From Actinomycetes bacterium (GTDB lineage: Bacteria > Actinomycetota > Acidimicrobiia > Acidimicrobiales > Microtrichaceae): 62,439 nt of DNA. Under the pieces are notes generated by a model. That model was given only the letters and a program-made list of their open reading frames with translations. It searched no databases and was not told where the DNA came from. The stretch lies in assembly GCA_023437745.1 (NCBI GenBank), contig JAEZFI010000045.1:1-62439 (forward strand), written 5' to 3'. Every line of letters begins with the position of its first letter. Within the stretch, counting starts at the first letter, position 1. The translations under genes were made by a program, and so were the position numbers. This document shows, piece after piece, positions 37,232 to 45,764 of the stretch.

Positions 37232-39366
37232 GGCGGGGCCGGCGCCGACTCGTCCGGCGGGCTGGAGCGGAGGAGTGCCGAGGAGCGGCCGGCCAGCGTG
37301 ACCTTCCGGCGGACGGGCTCCTGCGGCGTCTCGCCGAGCGGCGCCGCCGTGTCGACCTCCACCACCCAGCCGGCCGGGAGCGCCTTGCCGGTCGGGAGCC
37401 GCCAGCCGACGGGCTCGTCGCCGATGTTCACGAGGAACAGGAACCAGTCATCCGTGAGGCGCTCGCCTCGGGCGCCCCGCTCGCCGATGGCGTCACCGTT
37501 GAGCATCATCCCCAGCGAGCACAGGTCGGGGCTCGTCCAGTCGTCGTCGGCGAACGACTTGCCGTCGGGTCGCAGCCACGCCACGTCGGGCGGGCGGGTC
37601 GGCTTCCACTCGCCGCCCACCAGCCAGCCGCGCCGTCGCAGGAGCGGGTGCGATCGCCGCAGCTCCACGAGTCGGGCCACCTCGTCGACCAGCGCCGAGT
37701 GCCGGTCGACGAGGTCCCAGTCCATCCAGCTGAGCTCGGAGTCCTGGCAGTAGCCGTTGTTGTTGCCCTGCTGGGTGCGCCGGCACTCGTCACCCATGAG
37801 CAGCATGGGCACGCCCTGCGACACGAGGAGCGTCGTGAGGAAGTTCCGGATCTGGCGCAGCCGCAGCGCCTCGACGTCGGGGTCGTCCGTCGGCCCCTCG
37901 ACGCCGCAGTTCCAGGAGCGGTTGAACGACTCGCCGTCGCGGTTGTCCTCGCCGTTCGCCTCGTTGTGCTTCTCGTTGTAGGAGACGAGGTCCGTGAGGG
38001 TGAACCCGTCGTGGGCGGTCACGAAGTTGATGCTCGCCATCGGTGCGCCGGCGTCGTTGGCGTAGAGGTCGGAGCTGCCGGTGATGCGGGTGGCGAAGTC
38101 GCTGAGCGCTCCGCGCTCCCCTCGCCAGGTGTCGCGCACGGTGTCCCGGTAGCGCCCGTTCCACTCGCGCCAGTAGGGCGGGAAGTTGCCGACCTGGTAG
38201 CCGCCGTCGCCGACGTCCCACGGTTCGGCGATCAGCTTCACCGCGTTGACCACCGGGTCCTGCTGGATGAGGTCGAAGAACGCGGCGAGCCGGTCGACGT
38301 CGTGCAGCTCGCGGGCGAGCGTGGCGGCGAGGTCGAAGCGGAAGCCGTCCACGTGCATCTCGGTGACCCAGTACCGCAGCGAGTCCATCACCAGCTGGAG
38401 CACGTGGGGATGCCGCATGTTGAGCGAGTTCCCGGTGCCGGTGAAGTCGCGGTAGTACCGGGGTTCGTCGGGTTCGACCCGGTAGTACGCGAGGTTGTCG
38501 ATCCCCTTGAACGACAGCGTGGGGCCGAGGTGGTTGCCTTCCGCCGTGTGGTTGTAGACGACGTCGAGGATGACTTCGAGCCCCGCCTCGTGGAGCGTGC
38601 GGACCATCTCCTTGAACTCGCCGACGACGTCGGCGGCGCTCGGCGAGCTGCGGTAGCCGCCGTGCGGTGCGAGGAACCCGATGGTGTTGTAGCCCCAGTA
38701 GTTCCGGAGGCCGCGCTCGACCAGGTGCGCGTCGTGGACGAAGTGGTGGACCGGCTGCAGCTCGACGGCGGTCACCCCGAGGCGCAGGAGGTGGTCGATC
38801 GCGGCGGGGTGGGACAGCCCGGCGTACGTGCCCCGGAGCGCCTCCGGCACGCCTGGGTGGGTGGCGGTGAACCCCTTGACGTGCAGCTCGTAGATGACGG
38901 TCTCGCTCATGGGCCGTGCGGGCGAGCGGTCGTTGCCCCAGTCGAAGTACGGGCTGGTGACGACGGATCGGGGGACCAGCGGCGCGCTGTCGGTCGTGTC
39001 GCACGTCAGTGCGTCGCCGCGCACGTAGCCGAACGCGGCAGGGCTCCAGTCGACCTCGCCGTCGATGGCGGTGGCGTACGGATCGAGGAGGAGCTTCGCC
39101 GGGTTGCACCAGCAGCCGTGCTCCGGCTCCCACGGCCCGTGGACCCGGTAGCCGTAGCGGGTGCCGGGACCGACGCCGGGGAGGTAGGTGTGCCAGTGGT
39201 GCGCCTCGAGCTCCTCGAGCCGGAGGCGCTCCTCGGCGCCCTGGTCGTCGAACAGGCAGAGCTCGACCTCGTCGGCCATCGAGGAGAAGATCGCGAAGTT
39301 GGTGCCGCGGCCGTCCCATCGGGCGCCCAGGGGCAGGGGTTGTCCGGGCCAGGTCTCGGTGCTCAC
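37228..39366 (-). CDS. glgX: Glycogen debranching enzyme (GlgX/TreX)
   Basis: GTG 39366 gives VSTETWPGQPLPLGARWDGRGTNFAIFS. GH13 blocks DVVYNHT, GFRFDLA, EPWD and FVTAHDGF are present. Confidence 0.9.
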   Translation of the reverse strand: MSTETWPGQPLPLGARWDGRGTNFAIFSSMADEVELCLFDDQGAEERLRLEELEAHHWHTYLPGVGPGTRYGYRVHGPWEPEHGCWCNPAKLLLDPYATAIDGEVDWSPAAFGYVRGDALTCDTTDSAPLVPRSVVTSPYFDWGNDRSPARPMSETVIYELHVKGFTATHPGVPEALRGTYAGLSHPAAIDHLLRLGVTAVELQPVHHFVHDAHLVERGLRNYWGYNTIGFLAPHGGYRSSPSAADVVGEFKEMVRTLHEAGLEVILDVVYNHTAEGNHLGPTLSFKGIDNLAYYRVEPDEPRYYRDFTGTGNSLNMRHPHVLQLVMDSLRYWVTEMHVDGFRFDLAATLARELHDVDRLAAFFDLIQQDPVVNAVKLIAEPWDVGDGGYQVGNFPPYWREWNGRYRDTVRDTWRGERGALSDFATRITGSSDLYANDAGAPMASINFVTAHDGFTLTDLVSYNEKHNEANGEDNRDGESFNRSWNCGVEGPTDDPDVEALRLRQIRNFLTTLLVSQGVPMLLMGDECRRTQQGNNNGYCQDSELSWMDWDLVDRHSALVDEVARLVELRRSHPLLRRRGWLVGGEWKPTRPPDVAWLRPDGKSFADDDWTSPDLCSLGMMLNGDAIGERGARGERLTDDWFLFLVNIGDEPVGWRLPTGKALPAGWVVEVDTAAPLGETPQEPVRRKVTLAGRSSALLRSSPPDESAPAPP

Positions 39367-39427
39367 GGTGGTGTCCGCCGGTCGGGTCGTCGGTGCAGGG
39401 GCAGGGTGCGGGTGCAGGGTCGGTGGG

Positions 39428-40435
39428 TCAGGAGGTCGAGAGCGCGAGGCGGGACGGTGCACCGTCGACGAAGCGTCGGGCCATGGCGTCGAAGAACCGC
39501 CGGTTGACCGAGGATCGCCACCGGGCGCCCGTGACGATGCGCGGCCCCCACCCGGGTTCCTGGTCGAGCGGCTCCACGGCGCGCTCGATCCAGTCTCGGC
39601 CGTGGATCGGGTCGGCTCGGGCGTGCTCCTCGTAGAACGGCAGCGCACCGGACGGGGCGTCGAGGCGCTGGAGGGCCCGCACGACCTTGCGGCAGCGAGG
39701 CCCGGCCTGCATCTCGAGCAGCCCGAGCGCGCCGACCATCTCGGGCTGCAGCGCCCGGTTCGTGGCGAGGTAGCCCCCGAGCGCCATGCGTTCGAGTGCC
39801 TCGACCGGCAGCTGCTCCCGCGCGACGTGGGGCATGTCGACCGCCGCCACCAGCCGGTCGTGGAGCACCGTGTGCACCTCGTCCAGCTCGCCGCGGCCCA
39901 TCTCGTCCCAGTAGTTGGCGGCCAGCGCCAGCTTGGGAAGGCCCCGGAGACCCACCTGGCACAGCGCGACCAGGTCGTCGAAGCCCGCATCGGGTCCGCC
40001 CTCGAGGGTGACGAACTCCACCAGCTCGTCGAAGGAGGCGTCCTCCGCCAGCCACTCGTAGACCGCCGGCACCAGATCGATGGCTGCGATGCGACGCAGG
40101 GCGGCCGAGGCGGCGAGCTCCTCGCCGAGCCGTGAGGGATCGGACTCGGCGTCGGCCTCGAGGAACGAGTCCAGCCGGGCCCGCAACGCCTCCTCGAGCT
40201 GACGCTTCAGCAGGACGACCGACGGGTCGCTCTGGTGCTGCGCCCTCGAACCGACCGCCTGGAGCGGTGCCATCCAGAGGTCGTAGATCTCGAGGAGGGT
40301 GATCAGGACGTCGCGGAGGTCGACGGCGTCCGTCCAGCGGAGCGTGGACAGCCGGGTCGGGTCGTCGTCCGCGCTGGCGAGGCGGAACTGCTCGGCCAGC
40401 GTGATGGCGGTGCCGGTGTCGTCGGTGCCGTGCAT
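39428..40435 (-). CDS. Iron-containing redox enzyme family protein (heme-oxygenase-like fold)
   Basis: 335 aa. NYWDEMGRGE...HTVLH...FYEEHARADPIHG resembles the PF14518-type family. The ATG lies 9 nt after a GGGTAG box. Confidence 0.65.
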   Translation of the reverse strand: MHGTDDTGTAITLAEQFRLASADDDPTRLSTLRWTDAVDLRDVLITLLEIYDLWMAPLQAVGSRAQHQSDPSVVLLKRQLEEALRARLDSFLEADAESDPSRLGEELAASAALRRIAAIDLVPAVYEWLAEDASFDELVEFVTLEGGPDAGFDDLVALCQVGLRGLPKLALAANYWDEMGRGELDEVHTVLHDRLVAAVDMPHVAREQLPVEALERMALGGYLATNRALQPEMVGALGLLEMQAGPRCRKVVRALQRLDAPSGALPFYEEHARADPIHGRDWIERAVEPLDQEPGWGPRIVTGARWRSSVNRRFFDAMARRFVDGAPSRLALSTS

Positions 40436-40444
40436 GGCACTGCG

Positions 40445-40470
40445 CTACCCGGTTTCCGCCGCGCCGACAC
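40445..40470 (-). promoter_or_regulatory. GTGT-N16-GGGTAG motif, 9 nt before the iron-redox enzyme ATG
   Basis: On the plus strand, ctaccc is at 40445-40450 and acac at 40467-40470. ATG is at 40435. Confidence 0.4.
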
Positions 40471-40478
40471 CTGGGGTC
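40452..40478 (+). promoter_or_regulatory. GTTT-N17-GGGGTC motif facing the methyltransferase gene
   Basis: GGTTTC lies at 40451-40456, directly abutting the opposite-strand -10 box. GGGGTC is at 40473-40478. The -10 match is weaker. Confidence 0.3.
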
Positions 40479-40497
40479 GCCCGGGTCACACCCGTGT

Positions 40498-41193
40498 GTG
40501 AAACCACCCCTGCGGCGGGAACGGGCTCGCATGACCGCTCTGCAGCACCTCGCGCCCGAGCCCGGCGCCCCCGCCCCCGAGGTCGAGGAGCGGGTCTGCC
40601 AGTTCGGGCCGATGGCGATCCGCTACGACGCGCGGGTCCTCGAACCTCGCCTGTGGACGTTCGAGCAGTCGGTGTGGGCGGCCGACGTCGCCCGCGACGC
40701 TGGCCCCGGACCGCTCCTCGAGCTGTGCTGCGGGGCGGGCCACATCGGCTTGGCCGCTGCGTTGATGTCCGGCCGCCAGCTCCTGCAGGTCGACGCCTCG
40801 ACGGCCGCCTGCGACTTCGCTCGGCGCAACGCGGACGCCGCCGGCCTCTCGGCGAGGACGGTCGTCGTCTGCGGCGACCTCGCCGAGGTCGCGTTGCCGA
40901 CCGCCGTCCCCGTGGTGATCGCCGACCCGCCCTACCTCCCGTCCCGCGCCGTCGCCGCCTTCCCCGACGACCCCGTCTTCGCCGTCGACGGTGGCGAGGA
41001 CGGGCTCGACCTGATCCGCAGCTGCCTCCGCACGGCCGAGCGCGTCCTCGCCCCGTCGGGGACGCTGCTCCTCCAGGTCTGGGGCGAGGACCAGGCCCGC
41101 GAGGTGCAGCGGCGGGTGACCACCACGCTGACGCCCGGCGAGGTGAGGGTCTTCGGGCCCACCCGAGCGCTGATGCGCTACGACGCCGGCTGA
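40498..41193 (+). CDS. Class I SAM-dependent methyltransferase (HemK/PrmC-like, DPPY motif)
   Basis: LELCCGAGHIG is the SAM motif I and IADPPYL is the catalytic motif. The start is GTG 40498 or ATG 40531. Confidence 0.75.
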   Translation: MKPPLRRERARMTALQHLAPEPGAPAPEVEERVCQFGPMAIRYDARVLEPRLWTFEQSVWAADVARDAGPGPLLELCCGAGHIGLAAALMSGRQLLQVDASTAACDFARRNADAAGLSARTVVVCGDLAEVALPTAVPVVIADPPYLPSRAVAAFPDDPVFAVDGGEDGLDLIRSCLRTAERVLAPSGTLLLQVWGEDQAREVQRRVTTTLTPGEVRVFGPTRALMRYDAG

Positions 41194-41254
41194 GGCATCT
41201 CGGCGCGTGTTGTCCCGCGTGGCGGGACTTCTCGCGCCGAGAACGTGAGGTGCC
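41187..41254 (+). repeat. Dispersed repeat, copy 1: nested hairpin plus one CCGAGAACGTGAGGTG unit
   Basis: 65 of 69 positions match 44193-44261 by direct comparison. The hairpin at 41198-41242 is TCTCGGCGCG-TGTT-GTCCCGC-GTG-GCGGGAC-TTCT-CGCGCCGAGA. The repeat starts inside the last codons and stop of the methyltransferase. Confidence 0.85.
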
Positions 41255-41263
41255 GGCGGCACG

Positions 41264-41288
41264 GTTGACCTCGTCGCGACCGGGGTAG
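41264..41288 (+). promoter_or_regulatory. GTTG-N15-GGGTAG motif, 9 nt before the dehydrogenase ATG
   Basis: GTTG 41264-41267, GGGTAG 41283-41288, ATG 41298. Confidence 0.5.
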
Positions 41289-41297
41289 GGCCCGCGG

Positions 41298-42485
41298 ATG
41301 AGAGCACTCACCTGGCACGGCACCCGCGACGTGAGGGTCGAGGAGGTCCCCGATCCCCGCATCGAGGAGCCCACCGACGCCATCGTCCGCATCACCACCA
41401 CCGGGCTCTGCGGCTCGGACCTCCATCTCTACGAGGTCCTGGGACCGTTCATCGAGCCGGGTGACATCCTCGGACACGAGCCGATGGGCATCGTCGAGGA
41501 GGTCGGTTCGGCGGTCTCGCACATCGCCCCGGGTGACCGGGTGGTCGTCCCCTTCAACGTCTCGTGCGGCCATTGCGCCATGTGCGGCGACGGGCTGCAC
41601 TCCCAGTGCGAGACCACTCAGGTGCACGAGCACGGCACCGGCGCGGCGCTGCTCGGCTACACGAAGCTGTACGGGCAGGTGCCCGGCGGGCAGGCGGAAT
41701 ACCTGCGTGTGCCGCAGGCGCAGTTCGGTCCGGTCAAGGTGCCCGAGGGTCACCCGGACGACCGGTTCGTCTACCTCTCCGACGTCCTCCCGACCGCGTG
41801 GCAGGCGGTCCAGTACGCGGGGGTCCCAGCCGGCGGGTCGCTGGCCGTGCTCGGCCTCGGGCCGATCGGTGACATGGCGTTCCGCGTGGCCCAGCACCTC
41901 GGCATCGAGCGGGTCTTCGGAGTCGACCTCGTGCCCGAGCGTCTCGCCCGGGCGGAGCAGCGCGGCGTCGAGACGATCGACCTCCGCGACCACGCCGACG
42001 ACCTCGGCGACGTGCTGAGGGATCGCACCGACGGGCGAGGCCCCGACGCGGTCATCGACGCCGTCGGGATGGAGGCACACGGCTCGCCAGGCGGGAAGCT
42101 CGCGCAGCGGCTGGCCGCGATGTTGCCCGACCCCGTCGAGGCGAAGTTGATGACGAAGGCGGGCGTCGACCGCCTGGCGGCGCTCCACGCCGCCGTCGAC
42201 GTCGTCCGGCGCGGCGGCACGTTGTCGATCTCCGGCGTCTACGGCGGCGCGGCCGATCCGCTCCCGATGCTCACCATGTTCGACAAGCAGCTCACCATCC
42301 GCATGGGCCAGGCGAACGTCCGCCGGTGGACCGAGGACATCCTCCCCCTGCTGACCGGCGACGGTGACCCGTTGGGCGTGGACGACTTCGCGACCCACCG
42401 GGTGCCGCTCGCCGAGGCCCCGCAGATGTACGCCATGTTCCAGAAGAAGGAGGACGGGGCGGTGAAGGTGCTCTTCCAGCCGTGA
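41298..42485 (+). CDS. Zn-dependent alcohol/formaldehyde dehydrogenase (MDR family)
   Basis: 395 aa. GLCGSDLH, GHEPMGIVEEVG and CGHCAMCGDGLHSQC are the catalytic and structural Zn motifs. Confidence 0.85.
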   Translation: MRALTWHGTRDVRVEEVPDPRIEEPTDAIVRITTTGLCGSDLHLYEVLGPFIEPGDILGHEPMGIVEEVGSAVSHIAPGDRVVVPFNVSCGHCAMCGDGLHSQCETTQVHEHGTGAALLGYTKLYGQVPGGQAEYLRVPQAQFGPVKVPEGHPDDRFVYLSDVLPTAWQAVQYAGVPAGGSLAVLGLGPIGDMAFRVAQHLGIERVFGVDLVPERLARAEQRGVETIDLRDHADDLGDVLRDRTDGRGPDAVIDAVGMEAHGSPGGKLAQRLAAMLPDPVEAKLMTKAGVDRLAALHAAVDVVRRGGTLSISGVYGGAADPLPMLTMFDKQLTIRMGQANVRRWTEDILPLLTGDGDPLGVDDFATHRVPLAEAPQMYAMFQKKEDGAVKVLFQP

Positions 42486-42562
42486 GGCGGCGCCCGGCCG
42501 GCCGGCCGTCTGGCCGGGCCCGTGTTGCGGGAACCCCGTCACAGCAGCCGGGAAGGAGTGCC

Positions 42563-44200
42563 ATGGCCGAGCCCTCCACGTCGAAGCGACGTCGCTCCGC
42601 GGCGCCCACGAAGCTCCGCACCTACCGGGACAAGCGCGACTTCACCCGGACGCGGGAGCCTGTCGGCGGCGACGCTCCTGGCGGGTCCAGCACTGCGCCG
42701 CGGTTCGTCGTGCAGCGGCATCGGGCCCGCCGTCTGCACTACGACCTCCGCTTCGAGGTCGACGGCGTGCTCGTCAGCTTCGCCGTGCCGAAGGGCCCCA
42801 CGTTGGACCCGGCCGTCAAGCGGCTGGCCGTCCGCACCGAGGACCACCCGATCGAGTACATCGACTTCGAGGGTGTGATCCCCGAGGGCGAGTACGGCGG
42901 CGGCGACGTCATCGTGTGGGACCGCGGGACGTGGGAGCTGCACGGCGCCGAGGACGCGGCGGCGGCCGTCGCCGCCGGCGAGCTGCACGCCGAGGTCCAC
43001 GGCGAGAAGCTGTGCGGGCGCCTGGTCCTCGTGCGCCGGGGAGGTGGCGGGGCGGGGGAGAAGGAGCAGTGGCTGCTCTTCCACAAGCGCGACGAGGCAG
43101 CGGTGGACGGCTGGGACCCGGAGGACCATCCGCAGTCCGTCAGGTCCGGTCGGACCAACGACGAGGTGCTGGCCGACCCCGACGCCCTCTGGCAGTTCGG
43201 GGCGGCCCCCGAGTCCGCCGAGGTGCTGCTCCGTGCTCACGGGCCGGAGCCCGAGAAGCTGGACGCCCTGGCGGCACTGGGGGAGAAGGGCACCTGGACG
43301 ATCGCGGGCCGGGAGCTGAAGCTGACGAACCTGGACAAGGTGCTCTTCCCGCCTCGAGGCGACGAGCCGGCCATCACCAAACGGGACCTCATCCGCTACC
43401 ACTCGCAGATCGCTCCGCACCTCGTGCCCCACCTCGCCGGTCGGCCCGTGAACCTCCACCGCTACCCCGACGGCGTGGAACAGTCCGGCTTCTGGAACAA
43501 GGCCGTCCCGTCGCACGCGCCCGGCTGGATCAGCCGGTGGCACAACGACGAGGCGGATGCCGGGGAGACGAAGGTGTACTTCGTGGCGGACTCCACGCCC
43601 ACGGTCGCGTGGCTCGCCAACTACGGGGCCGTCGAGCTGCACCCGTGGACGTCGCGGCTGCCCGACGTGCACCGACCGACCTACGCGCTGTTCGACCTCG
43701 ACCCGGGCACTGCGACCACGTGGGAGGACCTGCTGACACTCGCCCGCCTGCACCGCACCGCCCTGGAGCACCTCGGTGTCACCGCCTTCCCCAAGGTGTC
43801 GGGTCGACGGGGCATCCAGATCTGGGTCCCGATCGTGCCGGAGTACACCTTCCAGCAGACGACGCGCTGGGTCGAGACGGTGTCCCGCTCGGTCGGCCGC
43901 GTCGTCCCCGAGCTCGTGAGCTGGAAGTGGGAGAAGTCGGCCCGGCGAGGGCTCGCGCGCCTCGACTACACGCAGAACGCGATCAACAAGACGCTCGTGG
44001 CGCCGTACGGCGTCCGCCCCGCTCCGGGCGCCCCCGTGTCTGCGCCCATCCGCTGGGACGAGCTGGACGACCCCGACCTGCGGCCCGACCGCTGGACGAT
44101 CCGCACGATCTTCGATCGTCTCGAGGAGGTCGGCGATCTCTTCGCCGACGCGCCACGCGCGGCCCAGCGGCTCCCCGAGCTCGACGGCGAGCCCGGCTGA
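42563..44200 (+). CDS. ligD: LigD-type NHEJ protein with 3'-phosphoesterase and primase-polymerase domains only
   Basis: ATG 42563 follows GGAAGGAG. PE block: RFVVQRHRARRLHYDLRFE...EDHPIEY...GGGDVIVWD. Pol block: LTNLDKVLFP...VNLHRYPDG...FDLDPG...SGRRGIQIWVP. No adenylation (KxDG) domain was seen. Confidence 0.85.
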   Translation: MAEPSTSKRRRSAAPTKLRTYRDKRDFTRTREPVGGDAPGGSSTAPRFVVQRHRARRLHYDLRFEVDGVLVSFAVPKGPTLDPAVKRLAVRTEDHPIEYIDFEGVIPEGEYGGGDVIVWDRGTWELHGAEDAAAAVAAGELHAEVHGEKLCGRLVLVRRGGGGAGEKEQWLLFHKRDEAAVDGWDPEDHPQSVRSGRTNDEVLADPDALWQFGAAPESAEVLLRAHGPEPEKLDALAALGEKGTWTIAGRELKLTNLDKVLFPPRGDEPAITKRDLIRYHSQIAPHLVPHLAGRPVNLHRYPDGVEQSGFWNKAVPSHAPGWISRWHNDEADAGETKVYFVADSTPTVAWLANYGAVELHPWTSRLPDVHRPTYALFDLDPGTATTWEDLLTLARLHRTALEHLGVTAFPKVSGRRGIQIWVPIVPEYTFQQTTRWVETVSRSVGRVVPELVSWKWEKSARRGLARLDYTQNAINKTLVAPYGVRPAPGAPVSAPIRWDELDDPDLRPDRWTIRTIFDRLEEVGDLFADAPRAAQRLPELDGEPG

Positions 44201-44276
44201 GGCATCTCGGCGCGTGTTGTCCCGCGTGGCGGGACAATTCGCGCCGAGAACGTGAGGTGCCGAGAACGTGGGGTGC
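44193..44276 (+). repeat. Dispersed repeat, copy 2: nested hairpin plus two tandem CCGAGAACGTG(A/G)GGTG units
   Basis: Same element as 41187-41254, again starting in the last codons and stop of the preceding gene (ligD). It carries one extra 16-nt unit. Confidence 0.85.
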
Positions 44277-44334
44277 GGGGAGGCCACGCACAGTTTTCGG
44301 GCGAACGCACTGAGTGGGCCGCTATCGTCCGTCC

Positions 44335-44799
44335 ATGGGCGACCGCCAGCGGCTCTCCATCACCATCGACCTCAACGCGACACCGCCGGTCGTCGCGCTG
44401 GCCGGCGAGATCGACGTCGAGACGGCGCGGGACCTCCGGCACGTCCTCGACGAGTTCGCCGGCAGTCCGCAGGACGTGGTGTTCGACATGTCGGCCGTCG
44501 AGTTCATCGACTCCTCGGGCCTCGGTCTCCTCCTGTCGGTGCGCCGCCTCGGGATGCTCACCCTGCGCGGCCTCAGCGATCGGGCCTACCGGTTGTTCGA
44601 GCTGACGGGGCTCCACGAGGTGTTCAACCTCGAGCGGATCGACGCGGTCGTGCTGGACGACGAGGACGACGAGGACGACGTGGACGTCGAGGTGGAGTTG
44701 GTCGACGGCAGCGACGTCGCCGACGTCGCCGACGTCACCGACGGGGCCCGTCGCAACGGCGCGCCCGCGACGACGGCGGACGACTCGTCCGGCGTGTGA
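44335..44799 (+). CDS. STAS-domain anti-sigma factor antagonist with an acidic C-terminal tail
   Basis: LAGEIDVETA...VVFDMSAVEFIDSSGLGLLL is the SpoIIAA/RsbV-like pattern with a conserved Ser. The start is ATG 44335 or GTG 44314. Confidence 0.75.
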   Translation: MGDRQRLSITIDLNATPPVVALAGEIDVETARDLRHVLDEFAGSPQDVVFDMSAVEFIDSSGLGLLLSVRRLGMLTLRGLSDRAYRLFELTGLHEVFNLERIDAVVLDDEDDEDDVDVEVELVDGSDVADVADVTDGARRNGAPATTADDSSGV

Positions 44800-44819
44800 C
44801 CTGGTCCGTGCGGGGGTAT
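44794..44819 (+). promoter_or_regulatory. GTGT-N16-GGGTAT motif upstream of the nucleotidyltransferase gene
   Basis: GTGT 44794-44797 overlaps the STAS stop. GGGTAT is at 44814-44819 and ATG at 44839. Confidence 0.4.
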
Positions 44820-44838
44820 CCCGTGCACAGGTCCCGCC

Positions 44839-45477
44839 ATGTCGAACCCGAAGCACTACCCGAACGGCAACGAGCCGGGGCCTGAGGCGTTCCGTGCCGC
44901 GCTGATCGAGCTGTCGGATGCGCTCGCCGGCACCGAGTTCCGGGCGCTCCTCATGGGCGGGGTGGGTTCCTTCACGCTGGCCCGGCCCCGCCACACCGAC
45001 GACATCGACCTCTTCGTCCACCCTGACGACGTCGCCGAGCTGACGAAGCACCTGGCCGACCGCGGCTTCGAGACCGAGGTCAACGATCCGACCTGGTTGC
45101 ACAAGGCACACCGGTACGGCGTGCTGATCGACCTCATCTTCCGGTCGACCGGCGACATCTACGTCGACGACGAGATGCTCGAGCGCAGCAGCGTCCAGGA
45201 CTACAAGGGCGTCGCGGTCCGCACGGTGTCACCCGAGGACCTGCTCGTCATCAAGGCGGTCGCTGCGGCGGAGCACTCACCGCATCACTGGTACGACGCA
45301 CTGGGCGTGATGCGGCGCTGCGACCTCGACTGGGACTACCTCGCCGACCGCGCCCGACGGCACGGGCCCCGTCGCGTGCTCAGCCTGCTGCTGTACGCCG
45401 AGTCCATCGACCTCGCCGTCCCGACCGAGATCATCGAGTCGCTGTTCCGGACGGTCCACACCGGGGCGACGGCATGA
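44839..45477 (+). CDS. Pol-beta-superfamily nucleotidyltransferase family protein
   Basis: 212 aa. GGVGS-x12-DDIDLFV fits the hG[GS]-x9-13-D-x-D NTase motif. Confidence 0.6.
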   Translation: MSNPKHYPNGNEPGPEAFRAALIELSDALAGTEFRALLMGGVGSFTLARPRHTDDIDLFVHPDDVAELTKHLADRGFETEVNDPTWLHKAHRYGVLIDLIFRSTGDIYVDDEMLERSSVQDYKGVAVRTVSPEDLLVIKAVAAAEHSPHHWYDALGVMRRCDLDWDYLADRARRHGPRRVLSLLLYAESIDLAVPTEIIESLFRTVHTGATA

Positions 45478-45764
45478 CGGATCCCGGCGTCGCGCCGAGC
45501 CACGCCGAGCCCCCCGAGTACGTGCTCGCCCACATCCGGCAGCGGTTGGCGCTGGGTGCGGCGCACGAGCTGGGGATCGCCGTCGAGGTCGGTGAGCTGC
45601 ACGTGACGCTGAGCGGCTGGGTGACCTCGGAGTCGGCCCGCCGCCAGATCGTCGAGGCGGCGGCCGAACTGGCGGTCGACCGCGAGGTGATCGACGACCT
45701 GGAGGTGGCGTCGGCTCACGCGGAGCCGGGTGGTCGCGAGCGCGACGCCGGGTCGACGGGATGA
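45474..45764 (+). CDS. BON-like domain protein
   Basis: 96 aa with an ATGA overlap upstream. IAVEVGELHVTLSGWVTSESARRQIVEAA...VIDDLEV matches the BON pattern. Confidence 0.5.
   Translation: MTDPGVAPSHAEPPEYVLAHIRQRLALGAAHELGIAVEVGELHVTLSGWVTSESARRQIVEAAAELAVDREVIDDLEVASAHAEPGGRERDAGSTG

Noticed and set aside
41208-41232. The TTGTCCCGC...-containing hairpin as a RecA-independent (PafBC-type) DNA-damage promoter upstream of genes near ligD.
   Set aside because: By eye it does not fit the TGTCRGTG-N8-TANNNT pattern as I recall it. The similarity is limited to TGTC.
44293-44321. GTTT-N19-GGGCCG upstream of the STAS gene as another sigma-motif promoter.
   Set aside because: The spacer is too long, the -10 is poor, and the spacing to ATG 44335 does not match the 9-10 nt pattern.
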